In this document: positions 24,752 through 41,070 of the stretch, piece by piece | Position numbering within the stretch: the stretch's first letter is position 1 | Layout of the letters: every line of letters begins with the position of its first letter | Source of the DNA: Vermamoeba vermiformis | Taxonomy: Eukaryota | Reading direction: 5' to 3' | DNA length: 44,884 nt | NCBI GenBank assembly: GCA_045837725.1 | Contig: JBEWZL010000013.1 | Coordinates: 620,001-664,884 of the forward strand | The notes under the pieces: generated by a model | The model's database searches: none | What the model was told of the DNA's origin: nothing | What the model saw: only the letters and a program-made list of their open reading frames with translations | Translations under genes and position numbers: made by a program

Positions 24752-26757
24752 TTACTGCCTGATGGACTTGAGCTTGTTGCAATCAACTTTATGCTTTCCC
24801 CAGTGCTTTTCTTGGCAGCCTTTTGAGCAATATTGTACAGTTGTGCACGTGGAGCAAGCAGAAAGTTTGTCGGATCTACCGCAATGGCCGCACAAACCAG
24901 TGACTATGTCACGCTTGATTTCAGCCGCTTTGAAGAATTGCTTGTACTCGATGTAGTTAAAGTCGCTCTCGTAGTAGGCCATGGCCGCTTTCTTCATTTC
25001 GGGCACAGGAGTCATCGAGTGACCGTTGTTTAGTTGGATGTAGCGCTCTTCGATCTGTTTGGCTTTGGAGTGGTATGATCGGCCTAACTCTTCACCTTTG
25101 CCCAGCTTGATCGACAAAGCCGCGAGATTATAATACATGACGTGCAGGTGCGCATCGTCGGGGTGAGCTTTTGCGGTGAAGTTCAGTGAGGATTGGTAGG
25201 CGGACTCCCATTGACCCATCGCGAGCAAGACTTGTGCGCGCATGAAATGGACTTGATAGTTGTTGACATTGAACTGAAGGGCGCTCTTGAGATCTTTTAG
25301 GCAGTAGAAGTAGTTTCCAAGGGCTAGGTAGCACGAGGCTCGGAGTTGGAAGAGGCGTGATCGGCGATCTACCAATAAGCCAAGCAAGGTGGTGAGGGAC
25401 ACGATAGCCTCGGTGAATTGACCTTGGACAAGTGATATCGCTGCGTGGAGAACGCGAGACTCGAGAGGCTTGATTGGTGCGACGGTTTGGTAGACAGCAA
25501 AAACTGTCGGATTTAGCACGAAAACTCGCTCGTCGCTTAAGAACGCTTCACATAAGAATACGGAAGCTTGGAGCTTATCAAATTGCGCAGTTTGTACTCC
25601 AGCAGTAAACATTTGCTGCGCATATTCGTAAAGCTGAGTCTGTAAATTAAAGAAAATCAGCTCACCGGCCAAAAAAGGATGGAATTAAATCCAGAAAAAA
25701 AGTTACCTGTTCAGATTTACCAATAGTCCCTCGCGTAGCTTCGGAGATTCTGCTTACGTCTAAATCTTGCGGTTTAATGATCGCGGCAGATCGAAATTTG
25801 TCGAGTGGAGAATCCGACGATAAATCGTTGGTAATTGTGTGCACGGAGGATCTCTTCGTGGGTGTAGAGGGTACTGTAGGGTTGGCGTTGCATTGATTAA
25901 TGATTTGATGCACGTTCATTGCAGAAGTGGAAGATTCAGGAGCGGACTTTTCGGTGGAGAGGCCGATGAGCTCGCTTAGTTTTATTTTTTTGACCGGGGG
26001 ACCATCCTTTGGATGTTGGTCAAGTTTGCGTTTCTTCTCGCCTACAGAAATATAAAATGAGCAAGAAAAGCAAGCCGAAAATATCGTTTCTTTTGTTGTC
26101 AAAAAAAAATAGACAGCACGCTTTTTTTTGGGGCCTAAAAAGTTAAGATTTACCTTCCGTTATAAGGGAGAATAGTGCGTGCAAGTGTTCGTTAATAGCT
26201 CTTTGATCCTTATTTCCATGGTGATGTCTTCCAAGCCTTCGTTGTTCGGATCCTATGCAGATTATCGAGGTCATTTTCGAGTTGTGGTTGACTTTTAGCC
26301 TAATTTAGGCACAATGTATGTATAACGTGACCAATACGATGTCAGAATACGGGTGTTTAAACCAAACGGCGATATTTGTTGCCGTTCTTCCGAAAACCGT
26401 TCAAGGAATCCGGAGCTGGAGTTATGAAAAAGGAATACTCCGAGCAGTAATACCGAGTAAGGTGTTGTCTTAGCGACAAGGAGCAATAAATAATAATTCT
26501 GGTCGTATTTTTACGCATAAATAGGGTCACAATTAAAAAATTATTAGGCTAAATAAAATTTTACGGATGAACTCAGTGAAAAGTACAACTGAGCGCCAGA
26601 AATCAACTACCAGATTGTTTCATATAAAATAAAGTGCCAAAAAATTAGCCTAATTTTTGATCAAACGCTTACCATCGGTGTCGGGCTCGTCAATTTCCTC
26701 TACTCTTTTTGGGTGGTGTTCATGGTGATGGTCGCCGCTGTGTTTTATGTTTGACAT
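24752..26757 (-). CDS. TPR-repeat plus C-terminal MYND zinc-finger protein
   Basis: TPR helices (LRASCYLALGNYFYCLKDLKSALQF) and MYND CGHC..CSTC..YCSKGCQEKHWGKHKVDC. Four-exon model beginning MSNIKHSGDHHHEHH. Confidence 0.85.
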
Positions 26758-27392
26758 TGTATTATGGTGGTGTGGCGGCTTTTGATAATTAAAATATTGT
26801 CAATTTGTTGGGTGATTGGGGCTCGGAAATTTTCTTTAAACCCGAATTTACGCGAGTCCCGATCTGAAGTGTTTAAATGAGTGTCCTACGACTGGGAACA
26901 CCTTAGGAACAATTAATGAAGGCTTATGAGCGAAGATATTTTCCCGAGAGTGCGTCTAAGAGGGGAGGGGCTCGAGTTTTCGGATCCTCAAAAACACGAA
27001 AAAACGAAAATAAAAAATATGTCCGTAGATTTCCCACGTTGTTTTTCAAGGCGCGTGGAACTCCTCCGCACCGCTTACTACTGTCCAACTAGCAAGAATG
27101 GTAGTGCCCGATCGCTCGAGTACACGCGCAAGTAACTCCTATTTAACAATTTGCTTCATTTGTGCGGGGTAAGGTTGCTGTCGCACAGATGTGGTACCGT
27201 TTATCACGACCGTGTTATCCTTGCCTTTGATGGCGTAAAGAAGTCCAACATAATGCGTAATCAATCAAGGTGTCAACAAGGCAATTAAAAGATTCCGTCA
27301 ATCAATCACAGGTAATGTCCTAAAAACAGCACACAATCGAGGCGTAATTTCCATTGTTTGACTTCAGAAAGATTCCCACTACGGGTACGGGT

Positions 27393-28381
27393 TTACTGTA
27401 GGCCATACTTTGAATACAGCTCTCTACGCTTCTTTTCTGTGCTACTTTGTTTTCCGACGGACGAAGAAGAAGACGACAGTAATGAATCAAACTCCTCGTC
27501 TTCATCTTCCTCGATGTTTAATGACTCTACTAATCGACGGCCGTTTCGTTTGTTTCGCTTGTGGAGCACGTAGCATCCGAAGGCGCAGAATCCTACAGCC
27601 ATCAAGAATATTGCGATAACAACGACGACTGCGACGATGAGGTACGTTCCATGAACTAATTATAAATGACGTTAAACTGCGATCCTATTCATCTCGCAAA
27701 AATCTGCGCACAAGGATTTAAAATCGTTACTTTTAGCATTAATTAATTTGGCTGAGAATGGAATTGTGAACCGACAACAAAAGCTTTGAGTAACTAGACA
27801 ACATCACTATTCGTCTATCAACTTACTTGAGCATTGTCTGAACAGCCAGTCCTCGCACTTCACGTCGTTACCAAAAAATCCACCTGAGAGGAATGTGTTA
27901 GGATTGCTGTCGATCTTTCTTCGATACGTATGCAGTTAGCGTACGAAGCTACTCACCGTCAATGCAAGTCAACGTGCTCTCGCACCAATTGCACTTCCAA
28001 TTGTTAGTACAGCCACTGCAATCTTTAAAGTGACTGCATGGCAAGGTTGAGTTGTCCTCGGCTAGGATAACTTTAAATAATGGGTTGTAAGTATTGTTTT
28101 GTAACGTGACGAAATAACGCGACACAAGCCACGCGTGCGTTTTTAAAGGTAGAAATCCAGATATGCCAAATCTATTTAATTTATTGAAACGACTTAAAAT
28201 TGTTTTACATTGTGGATATTATAATTTTCGTTTGTAAAAGTAAAATTATGACCGAAGTTAAAATCCGAACAATTACAACGGTCACTAAACACTTACCTTC
28301 CCGTTCCAACACTTGACCATTTACATTAACTATATACAATATAAATAATAATACAATATTTACAATAAAATATACACGCAT
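27393..28381 (-). CDS. PSI-domain type I membrane protein, PTTG1IP (PBF)-like
   Basis: Signal peptide MRVYFIVNIVLLFILYIVNVNG, PSI domain CSHFKDCSGC..CNWC..C..C..W..RQC, one TM helix, cytoplasmic tail ending RRELYSKYGL. Confidence 0.75.
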
Positions 28382-28482
28382 TGTTGTTACGTTATCGGGC
28401 TTGACAGAAGAGAATAAATTTATTTCACCAGCTCGTTGTTAAAGAAAGGCCACATTCGCGCACCATTTGGATATCTAAACTC

Positions 28483-30965
<2,483 letters not shown>

Positions 30966-31160
30966 ATTCAAATAATATCCGTAATAAAGGTATGATTGTA
31001 AGATAAGGATTGGAGCGCGCGATTCCTTTGAGAGGATAGAATTTCATTCAAATTTCTTTAATTTTTCGCTAAGATTGAGAAAACAACTTAACGCAAACGC
31101 GTGCGGCTAACTAAATTACAATTTATCTACAATACAACACCACACTTGCATAATTCAACA

Positions 31161-32404
31161 ATGAGTCAAATTCCTCGTTTACACAACATGGGCCAATTGT
31201 CTCGCCCTGTTCTTAATGTTTACTTGGAGCGCAAAGGCAACAAGTTTTTCAAAGTAGGAGTCGCTTCTATGCAAGGATATCGAAGTAAAATGGAAGATGC
31301 CCACACTGTTGCAATGGGCCTTCCCTCGGTAAGTTTTAGTGTTGATCGAGGATCTCGTACTGGCACGAAATAACTTCTCTTTTTAGAACCCTACATTGAA
31401 TGCCTTTGGAGTATTCGATGGACACGGAGGATCTCAAGCAGCAATTTATTGCCAAAAGCATTTCGCAGACCATATTGACAAGATCAAGAGTTTGTCTCCG
31501 GAAGAGATCGAGGCCGCAGTTGTCCGATTAGACGAGAAATTTTTAACTGGTAAAGTTAAAAATGTAGTATTTTTATTATTTGGTCGTCTAACTGTTGTTT
31601 CAGAATACAAAGCGGAGGCAGGCTGCACTGCAACCTTTGCGCTTGTAAATACTGAATCATCGGGCTCAATGACGGTGGCGATTGGAAATGTTGGTGATTC
31701 AAGATCACTTTTGATTAGAGCCAACGGAGAGTTTTCTTTCGTAACCAAGGACCACAAGCCTGATGACAAACCAGAAAAAAAGAGAATTTTGCGAGCGAAT
31801 GGATCCGTTTTCCGACACCGTGTTGGTGGCACTTTGGCCTTATCGAGGGCCATTGGAGACAAGGACTTTAAAGATAACGATGCCTTGCCATTAGAACAGC
31901 AGCAGGTAAGATGAATCTTTGCTACTACTTGCGCGGGACAGCTTACAACAACTCATAATATATAATGCTTCAAACAGGTGTCACCTCTACCCGATGTATC
32001 GCTGTTCACTGCTCAGCCTGGCGACATGCTCATCATGTGCTGCGATGGTTTGTTCGAGTGCATGTCTAACGAGGGTAAGGCTAGCACTTCAACATCTATT
32101 AGTCATGTCTAACCATTACTTAGAGCTCGTGAAGTATATTTTGAACGGGTTGAAGAAATCTGACGACATTGCCCTCGTGCTGCGAGACCTGCTCATGACT
32201 TGCGTGGAAGAGAGTGCTGACAACATGACAGCGATGATCGTGCAGTTTACCAACGGTGAAAATTACAACAAACACGGCGAGTTTATTCCTGGACCGTATT
32301 TTGAGGGCAGTGAGGACTTTGCTGCAGCTTGGTCAGAAAACATTGCCAAGTACGGTCTGACTAAAGATCAAGTTTTGCCCAAGACTCAACACATCTCGGC
32401 GTAA
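31161..32404 (+). CDS. Protein phosphatase 2C (PPM family)
   Basis: SMQGYRSKMEDAH, FGVFDGHGG, NVGDSR, DHKP, LALSRAIGD, CCDGLFE, DNMT. The start may be the second ATG (MGQLSRP). Confidence 0.95.
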
Positions 32405-32562
32405 TGTATGTGCACATACATCTCATGAGATAAATAAGGCTTTGGAGCACGTGTATTAAACTATTTTTAGAAGTGTCACCAGCGTCATTTCATCTTTTGT
32501 CTTTTAATGATGGAATTATCTATGCGTTTATTTCGTCTACCGTTGGCTCAACGAGTGTTTAA

Positions 32563-35500
32563 ATGCTACCACTAAAGTTGGCTGTTTTGCTAATTTTAGT
32601 TGCTGGATACAGCAGTACGTGACACAACAATTAATTTTAAAGGCGCCGTATTTATGAATCAATTGTTTAGGCAGGCTTATTGATTATGTTGACACACACG
32701 TTGGTACTGGAGGAAACGGCTTTGGGTATGATTGAAAAATTAAAAGTGAAGACAAAATAATTATTATTAACAATATAGACAACATAAATCGTGTTGTAGT
32801 ACTACCTAGTGTCTAATCAATTTTACTGAATATGTAATTTAAATAATTACAAATTTAATTAGCCGATCTTAATTATAAATATCTCAGGCGGCAAAATGTG
32901 AATAATCTTCCAAGTTCTGTTTCGTTAAAATTATTATAAAACGATTATTTTTGTTCAGAATTGGGTCAACGCCTCCTGGAGCACAACGACCCTTTGGATT
33001 AGCCCGAGTTGGTCCCGACACTGTTCAAGTGGATGACATACAGATTCCATTCAATCATTTTGGAGGATACTACTACGACGGTAATATGAATCTAATTAGT
33101 TTGCATTAATTCTCATTCGACGATATAGATCCTCAAATCCGTCTTTTCAGTCACACGCACATGGTTGGCTCTGGTGTTTTGGACTATGGTACGATGTGTG
33201 CATGTTACGTATGTGTATTAATACCATTAGGTACCATTGGCGTCATGCCTATTGCGCACTATCCCGCGACTGGTGACATTCGTGACGACAACTTCCGCTC
33301 GTACTATACGCATGATGAAGAGCGTGCAGAGCCAGGTTACTATAAGGTACGAGTTGTGACGAGCGTTCAGACACAGCAACTAACGTTTTAATAGGTGCAC
33401 CTCAAAGACAACTTTGTGACAGTCGAATTAACTGCCACCGAACAAGTTGCTGCACATCGGTACACTTACATGCCTGGATACACCAACAAAGTAGTGCTGT
33501 TTGATATTAGGTATTTTAATGTGGCGATACAAGCAAAACAATCGAACTGACTGATCTCTCTACAGCTACACGTTGCATCCAAAGAGTTGCAAGAACTCAT
33601 TCGTCACCATCGACGTAGCGAACAGTGAAGTGTCGGGCTGGGTCTTAAATCAAGGCGGACTATCTGGACGATTCGGAGGTACGTGCGTGCTCGAGTTACA
33701 GACGTTGATCACGAGCACACTCACTCAATCAACTAGGTTACACGAGCTATTTTGTGGCTTCCTTTCCCAAGGGGGCGATTGCGCAGTACGGCACGTGGCA
33801 AGGCAAGACAGTGAATGGCAACGCAGTCGCAGCTAATGGTACGGATGTTGGTGGCTTTGTCGTGCTCAACACAGGCTCTTCAAACAGCGTGGAGTTCTTC
33901 GTCGGACTGTCTTCAATCAGCATCGACCAGGCTAGAACAAATATCCAAGGTAAAGCAAACGAGCTCATTGTAGTTAATATTCTAATGCGACGTATGCAGC
34001 ACAAATCAACGGCCGAAATTTCGATGCCATCAGAACTGAAACCCAAGTGAGTCTTGTTTTAAAGTGATCTCACTCGAACTTTTGAATTGACACTACGTTT
34101 TAAGAACATTTGGGAGAGCACATTAAAGACCGTCGAAGTCACTGGCACCGTTGACGTGGACAAGTTCTACACTGCATTGTACCACGCGTTCATGGCACCC
34201 ACAATCTTCGACGAGGCAGGTGGAGCCTATCTGGGCTTTGACAACAAAGTGCATCAACTTGGATCAGACCAAAAGCATTACTACACCGACATGAGCATTT
34301 GGGACGTGCACCGTACCGAATTTCCTTTCTTGGGACTCGTCAGACCTGATATCTTGAGTGACATCGTCAAATCTTTGCTGCTAATGTATCAACAGGGCGG
34401 ATATTTGCCTCGCTGGCCCATGGCTAATGGTAAGAGCAGCCATCAATCTCGCTTTATGTACGATCTAACGTCGTCATTTGTAGGCTACACGGACTGCATG
34501 GAGGGCACGCATGCGATTAATATTATAGTAGACGCCTATCTTCGTGCAGACATTGATGATTTTGACTTATCACTAGCCTACAAAGCTATGAAGCAAAGTG
34601 CAACTCAACCTCAACCACACGCTGGTCGTACAGGTCTCAGTCAATACATTTCTCTTGGCTACGTACCTTATGACGTGGATAAGAAGGGAGCGGTGCTCAC
34701 ACAGTCCTTTGCATGTAAGTATCCATCTTTCGTATATGTAAAACTGATTTGTTTCTCAGACGATGACTGGGCGTTGGGGAACTATGCAACGGCCTTAAAC
34801 TTCACTGGCGATGCCCAAATGTTCTACGGCCGCAGTCAAAACTACAAGAATGTTTGGAACAGTCAATATAAGTTCTTCTGTCCCAAGACCACAGCTGGCA
34901 AGTGGGAGTGTCCCGAGACTTGGATCAACGTTTTCGATGAGCGCTATGTCGAGGGCGATGCTTGGCATTACAGGTACGTGCATCTAAATTGATTAATGTA
35001 ATAAGCACGTGTTCTTCAGATGGTATGCTCCGCAAGACATCGCGGGGCTCATTACAATGTTCGGTGGCAAAGAAGCATTTGTGGGACAACTCACCTACTT
35101 CTTTGACATGGCGGAATACGACCCCTTCAATGTGCTTCCCAATCCTTATTACTGGGCTGGAAATGAGCCTGACATTCTATCCGCGTACCTCTTCAATTTT
35201 GCTGGACGCGCGGATCTGACACAAAAATACGCGCGATGGTACATGCACAACAAGTTCACTATGCAGCCTGACGGTATTCCTGGTACGTGTACTACTCGGC
35301 TAAGGAAAGTAGCTGACTTCTCCTTTAGGCAACGACGACTACGGCACCATGTCCTCGTGGTTCATGTTCAGCGCGCTTGGTTTCTATCCTCTTGCGGGCA
35401 GCGATGTTTACATTGTTGGCTCGCCGCTTTATGACAATGTGACTATTCATCGTCCTGCTGGGGATCTTACAGTCACCGCTTACAATTCAGGTACGTCGAG

Positions 35501-35712
35501 TAATAAGTCTTTGTGGCTGTATGGAGCCCAGGGCTGGATATAGTCGAGCTAATACCACGTGTTCAGGCAAGTTCAACATTTACGTACAAAAAGCTGCTAT
35601 CAATGGCGTTCCTATTGACATGCTCAACAACCCGTTCTTCAAAGCCTCGCAGATCCGTAATAAGGCTACTATCGAGTTTTGGATGAGCGACACACCTTTG
35701 GTCAAGAAATAG
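32563..35712 (+). CDS. Glycoside hydrolase family 92 (alpha-1,2-mannosidase), secreted
   Basis: Signal peptide, VGTGG, PGAQRPFG..GPDT, FSHTHMVGSG, FYTALYH, SIWDVHRT, LPRWP, VEGDAWHY, GNEP, GNDDYGTMSSWF..LGFYP. Confidence 0.93.
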
Positions 35713-35811
35713 AACGCTTAATCGATAGTCTGTTGCTAGCCATGTCGTAATGGCGACATTAATTCACTCACATTTCGATTGTTGGCGCTATTTATAAAAC
35801 AAGATTGATTT

Positions 35812-38800
35812 TTACAATTGAAACACGGTGCTGTTGTGCTGCGTGATGGCCTGTTGCAAAGCCCTTCGAGTGATGACACCGATCAGCTTGCCGTGTTTCG
35901 TCACAAATCCATTATGCAGACGCATCGATATAAACAGTAAATGGACTTGTGTCAGCGGTGTTTCGGGCTCGAAGTGAATCGGAGCTGTCGTGATCAAGTC
36001 TTTCAATTTGTTCAGCAGCTTGATCTTCTTTTTCTTCTGCTTGTATAACATCTTTTCGTACATGATTTGCATTTCTGCCGTGCGATTTTCTTGCTCTAAG
36101 ACTTCCCTTTGTTCTTCTTTCTCTCGATTCAGCGCGTATTGCATCTTCGTTATGAATGACAACAGTGATTCGTAGTTCGTTGATCCTAACAGCAATCGAT
36201 TCGCTTCAGTATCTACGACAGGGATGGTGTATTGCCTGAAGTTTTCTGTTGTCGCGTATCGTTGCAAAAAGTCTTTCAACTCGCGCATGGTGACCTTTTG
36301 TGCCAGCACCATACCAACATTGTTGTCCATAATGTCTTTTGCTTGCAATGACACGGAGCTGAATTGGTGTTAGTATTCAGTCGCAGATGGTATTCATTGC
36401 GCGTACCCAGTTTGCAAGTCGTCCAAGAAAGGCAAGCCTCTAATTAGGGAAATGCTGTCGAAGATGGACAACGACAGCTTGGAGGCTACGGCTTTCGAAA
36501 TCAACACAGCAGCAAACATTGGCAGGGCAAAGCTCAATTTACCAGTCATTTCGAACATGACAATCGAAATGTTGATGGTGTGCGTTGTGCCTGCTGTCAT
36601 GGCCACTGCACCGATCATCGCGTACACACCGGGGGAGAGTGAGGCTAGGACAAGTTAGTTTTCACGCGAAAAAACATTACAACGTACCTCCACCCGTGCC
36701 AGCGTTTACAGCCTCGCCTAGCAATCGTCCAAAGGCAGCACCGGTAGCCAAGATCGGATTCACCGAACCCATCGGTACTGGTACTGAGAGCGTAATGACG
36801 AACAAGAACATCTGAGCGATACGCGATTAGTACCATGGAGAATGTAGACGATGAGTATTACTTACACGAATTAAAATGAAGCGCGTCAGTGAAAGGTAAA
36901 TGTTGTCACTGCCCCAATCAACGTTCAATTTGCCCGGTCCGTAAGGTACCAACGAACTCGATCTGAACAAGTCTTGCATGGCAGCCAATCCTCCCAACTG
37001 TAATAACATTAGCATTTGATTGTAGCTATGATATGCAATCAACTCTTACCCCGACTGTGTCGTCCACAAGTGTCAGAGCACCCGTGATAAATGCGACAGT
37101 AAAGGCGTAGGGGAATGGTCTATAAATGCATATATTAGCCATGTTTAATCGCTAAGTACGCGCTCGTACCCTAAGATCTTCCACTTTTCAGAATGAGCCC
37201 GGCGGAATTTGATCCAGCGCGTGTTGATGATGACACAAAGTGAGCCAATAATACCGCCAATAACACCTAGTGAGGCATTTGATTAACACGCTGTTCGTGA
37301 TACCATCTTCTGGCTCTTACCCATGGCGCAGAAAATGAAAAATTCGTACGATCTCATCGTGTTTTCGTTGGCGAAAGAGGTCGTCAAGAACGGATCCAAT
37401 TCCGCTACGCCAAAGGTTAGTCGATTTGGCTTATAGTATACAAGCGACACTCACGTTTGCCTTTAGCAAGGTTGCTCAACACTTTGCTGAGAATACCACT
37501 CGTCGTTGCAGCGATGAATGCAAACCAATAGTTACGCAGCGGATAGTAGGTCGAGGTAGTTTCGACACTGAACAACACTCCTCCCAATGGACTGCCGAAA
37601 GTGCCTGCCACTCCACACGCGCACGCAGCGGCGAGCATTTGTTGTTTCAAAACAGGATTCTAACGAGCAATGAATAAGTCGTCTGATCACAACGAGAAGG
37701 GACAAGCTTACACGGCGAAGTCGTCTGAATATAATCGTCTTGCTGAGCTGATTCGCAACGGCACTCGACACGTGCACGAAGGGACCGTCCTTTCCGATAA
37801 AGAGACCTTTCATATGATTAGAAAAGTGCTATTGGCGGTGCTAGGAAAGTGTTACTTACCAGATCCGAGCGAGGCGATGAGACCCAAGTACTTCGCAATG
37901 AGCGTCTTCAATGAGAGATACTGTTGCAACATGACACCGGACAAAATACTTCGCATTTCGGGGATACCCGAACCTGTGCAGTGTTAATAAAAGTTGATTG
38001 ATAGTAATATCGCCGCACGTACCAGCTGCAGTGGGACTGATGGTGTGCGTGAAGAACAATGACAGTCCCACGAATAGAACGGTGTGAATGACCCAAAACA
38101 AGGCTTGTAGCCACACGTTTGCCGACCACGTCAACATGAATGCGCGCACTAAACGAGTTGTTAGGCCAAAACCTTGCACTTGTTGTCTATGCTGCACTTA
38201 CGGTACACGATGAACGACACGCAAAAGTCCGAAGCGACGCTCAGCACGGCAGTCACGACGCCGAGTGTCAGCAAGAACAACAGCATCAAGTTGGGTTCTC
38301 CTAAGGACCAAAACCAACGCAAGAATTTGGCTTTAAAGCTGAGCTTTGGCGGCACTGGTGGTTTTGGTGCTGCTCGCGGCAATTGGCTTGATTTCCTTCG
38401 CTGCGGTGGCGATTAGTAAAAACTTTGCGTAATAGCGGATCGCAAAATTGTGAATCGATTTGGACTAGGACAATTTGAAAACAACACTCGGATAATTACC
38501 TTGCGCATTTGTTTCGCTATTTCTCGTGCTTGAGCTTGTAATTCTTCCCTGTAACTTCCGTAGATCGTCTGCGCATATTGCATATTGTCTAAATATTTTT
38601 AGCGGCAATTTTTCTAGTGTGTAATAATAACTAGTTCTCACCTGTCTCATTGCTTGTTTGTTTCGAATTTTCCGGATTTGAACCCAATAAATTGCTTTCT
38701 TCTGACGGAGGCAAAAAAGATGGAATTCCAGGCGCGTAGTCTATATTAATTACATCTAGAAGTAACAAATTAGCGAAGATTCAGTTTTTTTTAATTTATT

Positions 38801-39009
38801 TTTTTATCATTTTGTTACGGTAAAATTGCTAGACAGCAAAAATGATTTCAAGTCGTTTAATTAATTATAACTAAATTATTCTATCGCTTACGTTTGTATT
38901 TATCTTCGGAAAAATCAGAGCTGACTCTAGAAATCTCGCTCGAGTCGGATCGAGGAGAGCTATTTCCACTCTCGCTGATAGGATCCTCGAGAGGTACATT
39001 GGGTTCCAT
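35812..39009 (-). CDS. CLC-family chloride channel/transporter with C-terminal CBS domains
   Basis: [58 protein letters not shown], and CBS motifs ([18 protein letters not shown]). Confidence 0.93.
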
Positions 39010-39139
39010 TACTACGAGTAATGGTTGGTGCACGCGCTCGCTTAAATAATTTATATGAAAATGGCGGTTGGTTTGTTTTTTTCGGCTGCGCTCGGTCAAA
39101 ATTGGCTGGAAAAAACCGGGATTTTTCTCGGCAGCAGGC

Positions 39140-39183
39140 TACTGCCTGGAAAAAAGCGAAATTTCATTTTTTTCCAGGCAGTA
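39140..39183. repeat. Perfect 16-bp inverted repeat upstream of the CLC gene
   Basis: TACTGCCTGGAAAAAA (39140-39155) pairs with TTTTTTCCAGGCAGTA (39168-39183). Partial copies at about 39106 and 39200-39217. Confidence 0.8.
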
Positions 39184-39852
39184 CCGTACATTTTGGCTTT
39201 TTTTTCCAGGCACTACCTTATTAGGAAGGTGATGTTCGTGCGTGGCTATGTGTTTGCTTGAACTCGTTACTCGTTCAAGCAAACAAATAGCAAACTATAC
39301 AATAGGAACGACTGGTTTTCGTCGATGTAAATCTTTTTGGTGGTTGAAATCAAAAAAAATGGATGCGAATCCACGTACTGGATTAGCTTCTCGCGCGCCG
39401 AAAAAATATCATTCCAGACTCACCTCCACCTTTACTGCTTTTCCGCTCGTTACCGGCTCGGACTACGTCTCGCCGGTAATTTTCTCGCTGGGAAAAGCAT
39501 TAAATTTTGGAGGTTCGTCGGAAAATAGCTATTTCCTTCCGCGCGAACTAGCGAACACAGTGCTTCGGTCCTTCGTGCTCGAACACTAATGCAAAATAAT
39601 ACTACGTATGAATGGCTGCCAATCCAATTAAGCTCGGCGAGTCAGATCGGATGGTGGATCAGAGTCTGTGGACTGTGAATTTAGATCGAAGGCGTTGACG
39701 TGGCGAGCAAGTAGATAATTAATGCTCATAGGTTGCAAATAGGTAAGCAGTTTTTTTTTTACTTAAAAAGTCCTGCCTCCATAATTGTAAAGATACGCGT
39801 GCCAATCAGGGCTGTATCGCTTTCTTGACCCGAAATCAATTAATTTTACAAT

Positions 39853-41070
39853 TTGCAATACAGCACCGCACAAATTTATGGTAATAATAATTTTCAGTTG
39901 TTCATACCGCTCAATGGAGATGGCGAGCAGGAAATACAAATAATCCCCGAAGAATCACAAGAAGTTGGTTTCTCCTTTAATCAACAAGGATTGAACGAAA
40001 GCTACCAGTATCATATTAAATTAATGACATGCAATGAGCACGAGGATAAGATCTTGCAAAATAGTTCACTTGGGCACGCCGAAATCCGTATCAATTGCAA
40101 ATACAACAACGACAAATTTACGGCATTAGTATTCGATTAAAAGTCAATAATGGCGTATTTGATTTCCGAAAAGAAAGACATCCGCAGCTTGTCAGATTCA
40201 GCGTGGAATGTTACAGCCTTGGCGTGCTTTGTAAGAGTTATTCAGCAATATCAAATAGCTCCGAAGAAAAGATTCGCGGATAGCGCTAACAGTGCAACCG
40301 AAACTGAGCGTGAGTCCGATCTGTCCGTTTGTTTTTAGTCTAACAAAATTTTAGTAATAATTCCCGTCTCGTGGGTATCTGACGACAAGCTCGAGCAAAG
40401 GTTCGAAGAGCATTACTCCGGCAGTCACTCAGCTGCAGATGACGAATCGCTTGAGTCGATGCAGTTTGTCTCCTCGCACGACAACTCGCAAGATTATAGT
40501 AACGGTACAAATAACAACCTAGAACGAGTAAAGTACGTTCATTATTTAGTTCATAATCAATTCGACTAACGTTCATTTAACTTCTCGCAGCGAAATGCAA
40601 GATTCGTATATGGTCCTTTACAATGGCAATGCCCAAGTCAAAATTCAACAGGTTAATTCGCTGTACACATCATTCATCAACAAAGATCGTAAAGAAGGCA
40701 CCGATCATTATCCAGGCAACACAATGCAAAAGCGTACCAAATCGAAGTGGATTGTTGCTGCGATGGTAGTTGCAGCAGTGTTACTTGCCGGACTTATCGC
40801 AGCATTTGTGTACGTTCAAGCAGTGTCAAACCCTCACGTGTTACCTGTGTCGCCAGTGCCTTCAACCGTGTCACCGGTATCTTCGCCATCGCCTGTGTCG
40901 CCAGTGCCTTCGCCTCTGCCAACAGTACCGTCACTATTTCTCCACCACAGCAACCTCCACCAATTATCAACCCACCTGCTCCGTACGTTTCCACTTTCAA
41001 CACATCAGTAGATTTCCCAGCCCTCGCTGATTTGTATTGGGCAACAAATGATGCAAACTGGACCTACGTG
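39853..41070 (+). pseudogene. Frameshifted type II membrane protein with Pro/Ser stalk and the start of an LRR N-cap; truncated
   Basis: Protein-like ORFs continue across frameshifts near 40115 and 40920. TM KWIVAAMVVAAVLLAGLIAAFVYV, PVSP repeats, then DFPALADLYWATNDANW just before the composition change. Confidence 0.55.

Noticed and set aside
26860..27310. snoRNA or small gene in the intergenic region
   Set aside because: No convincing box C/D pair with a terminal stem, and the ORF has no recognisable features.
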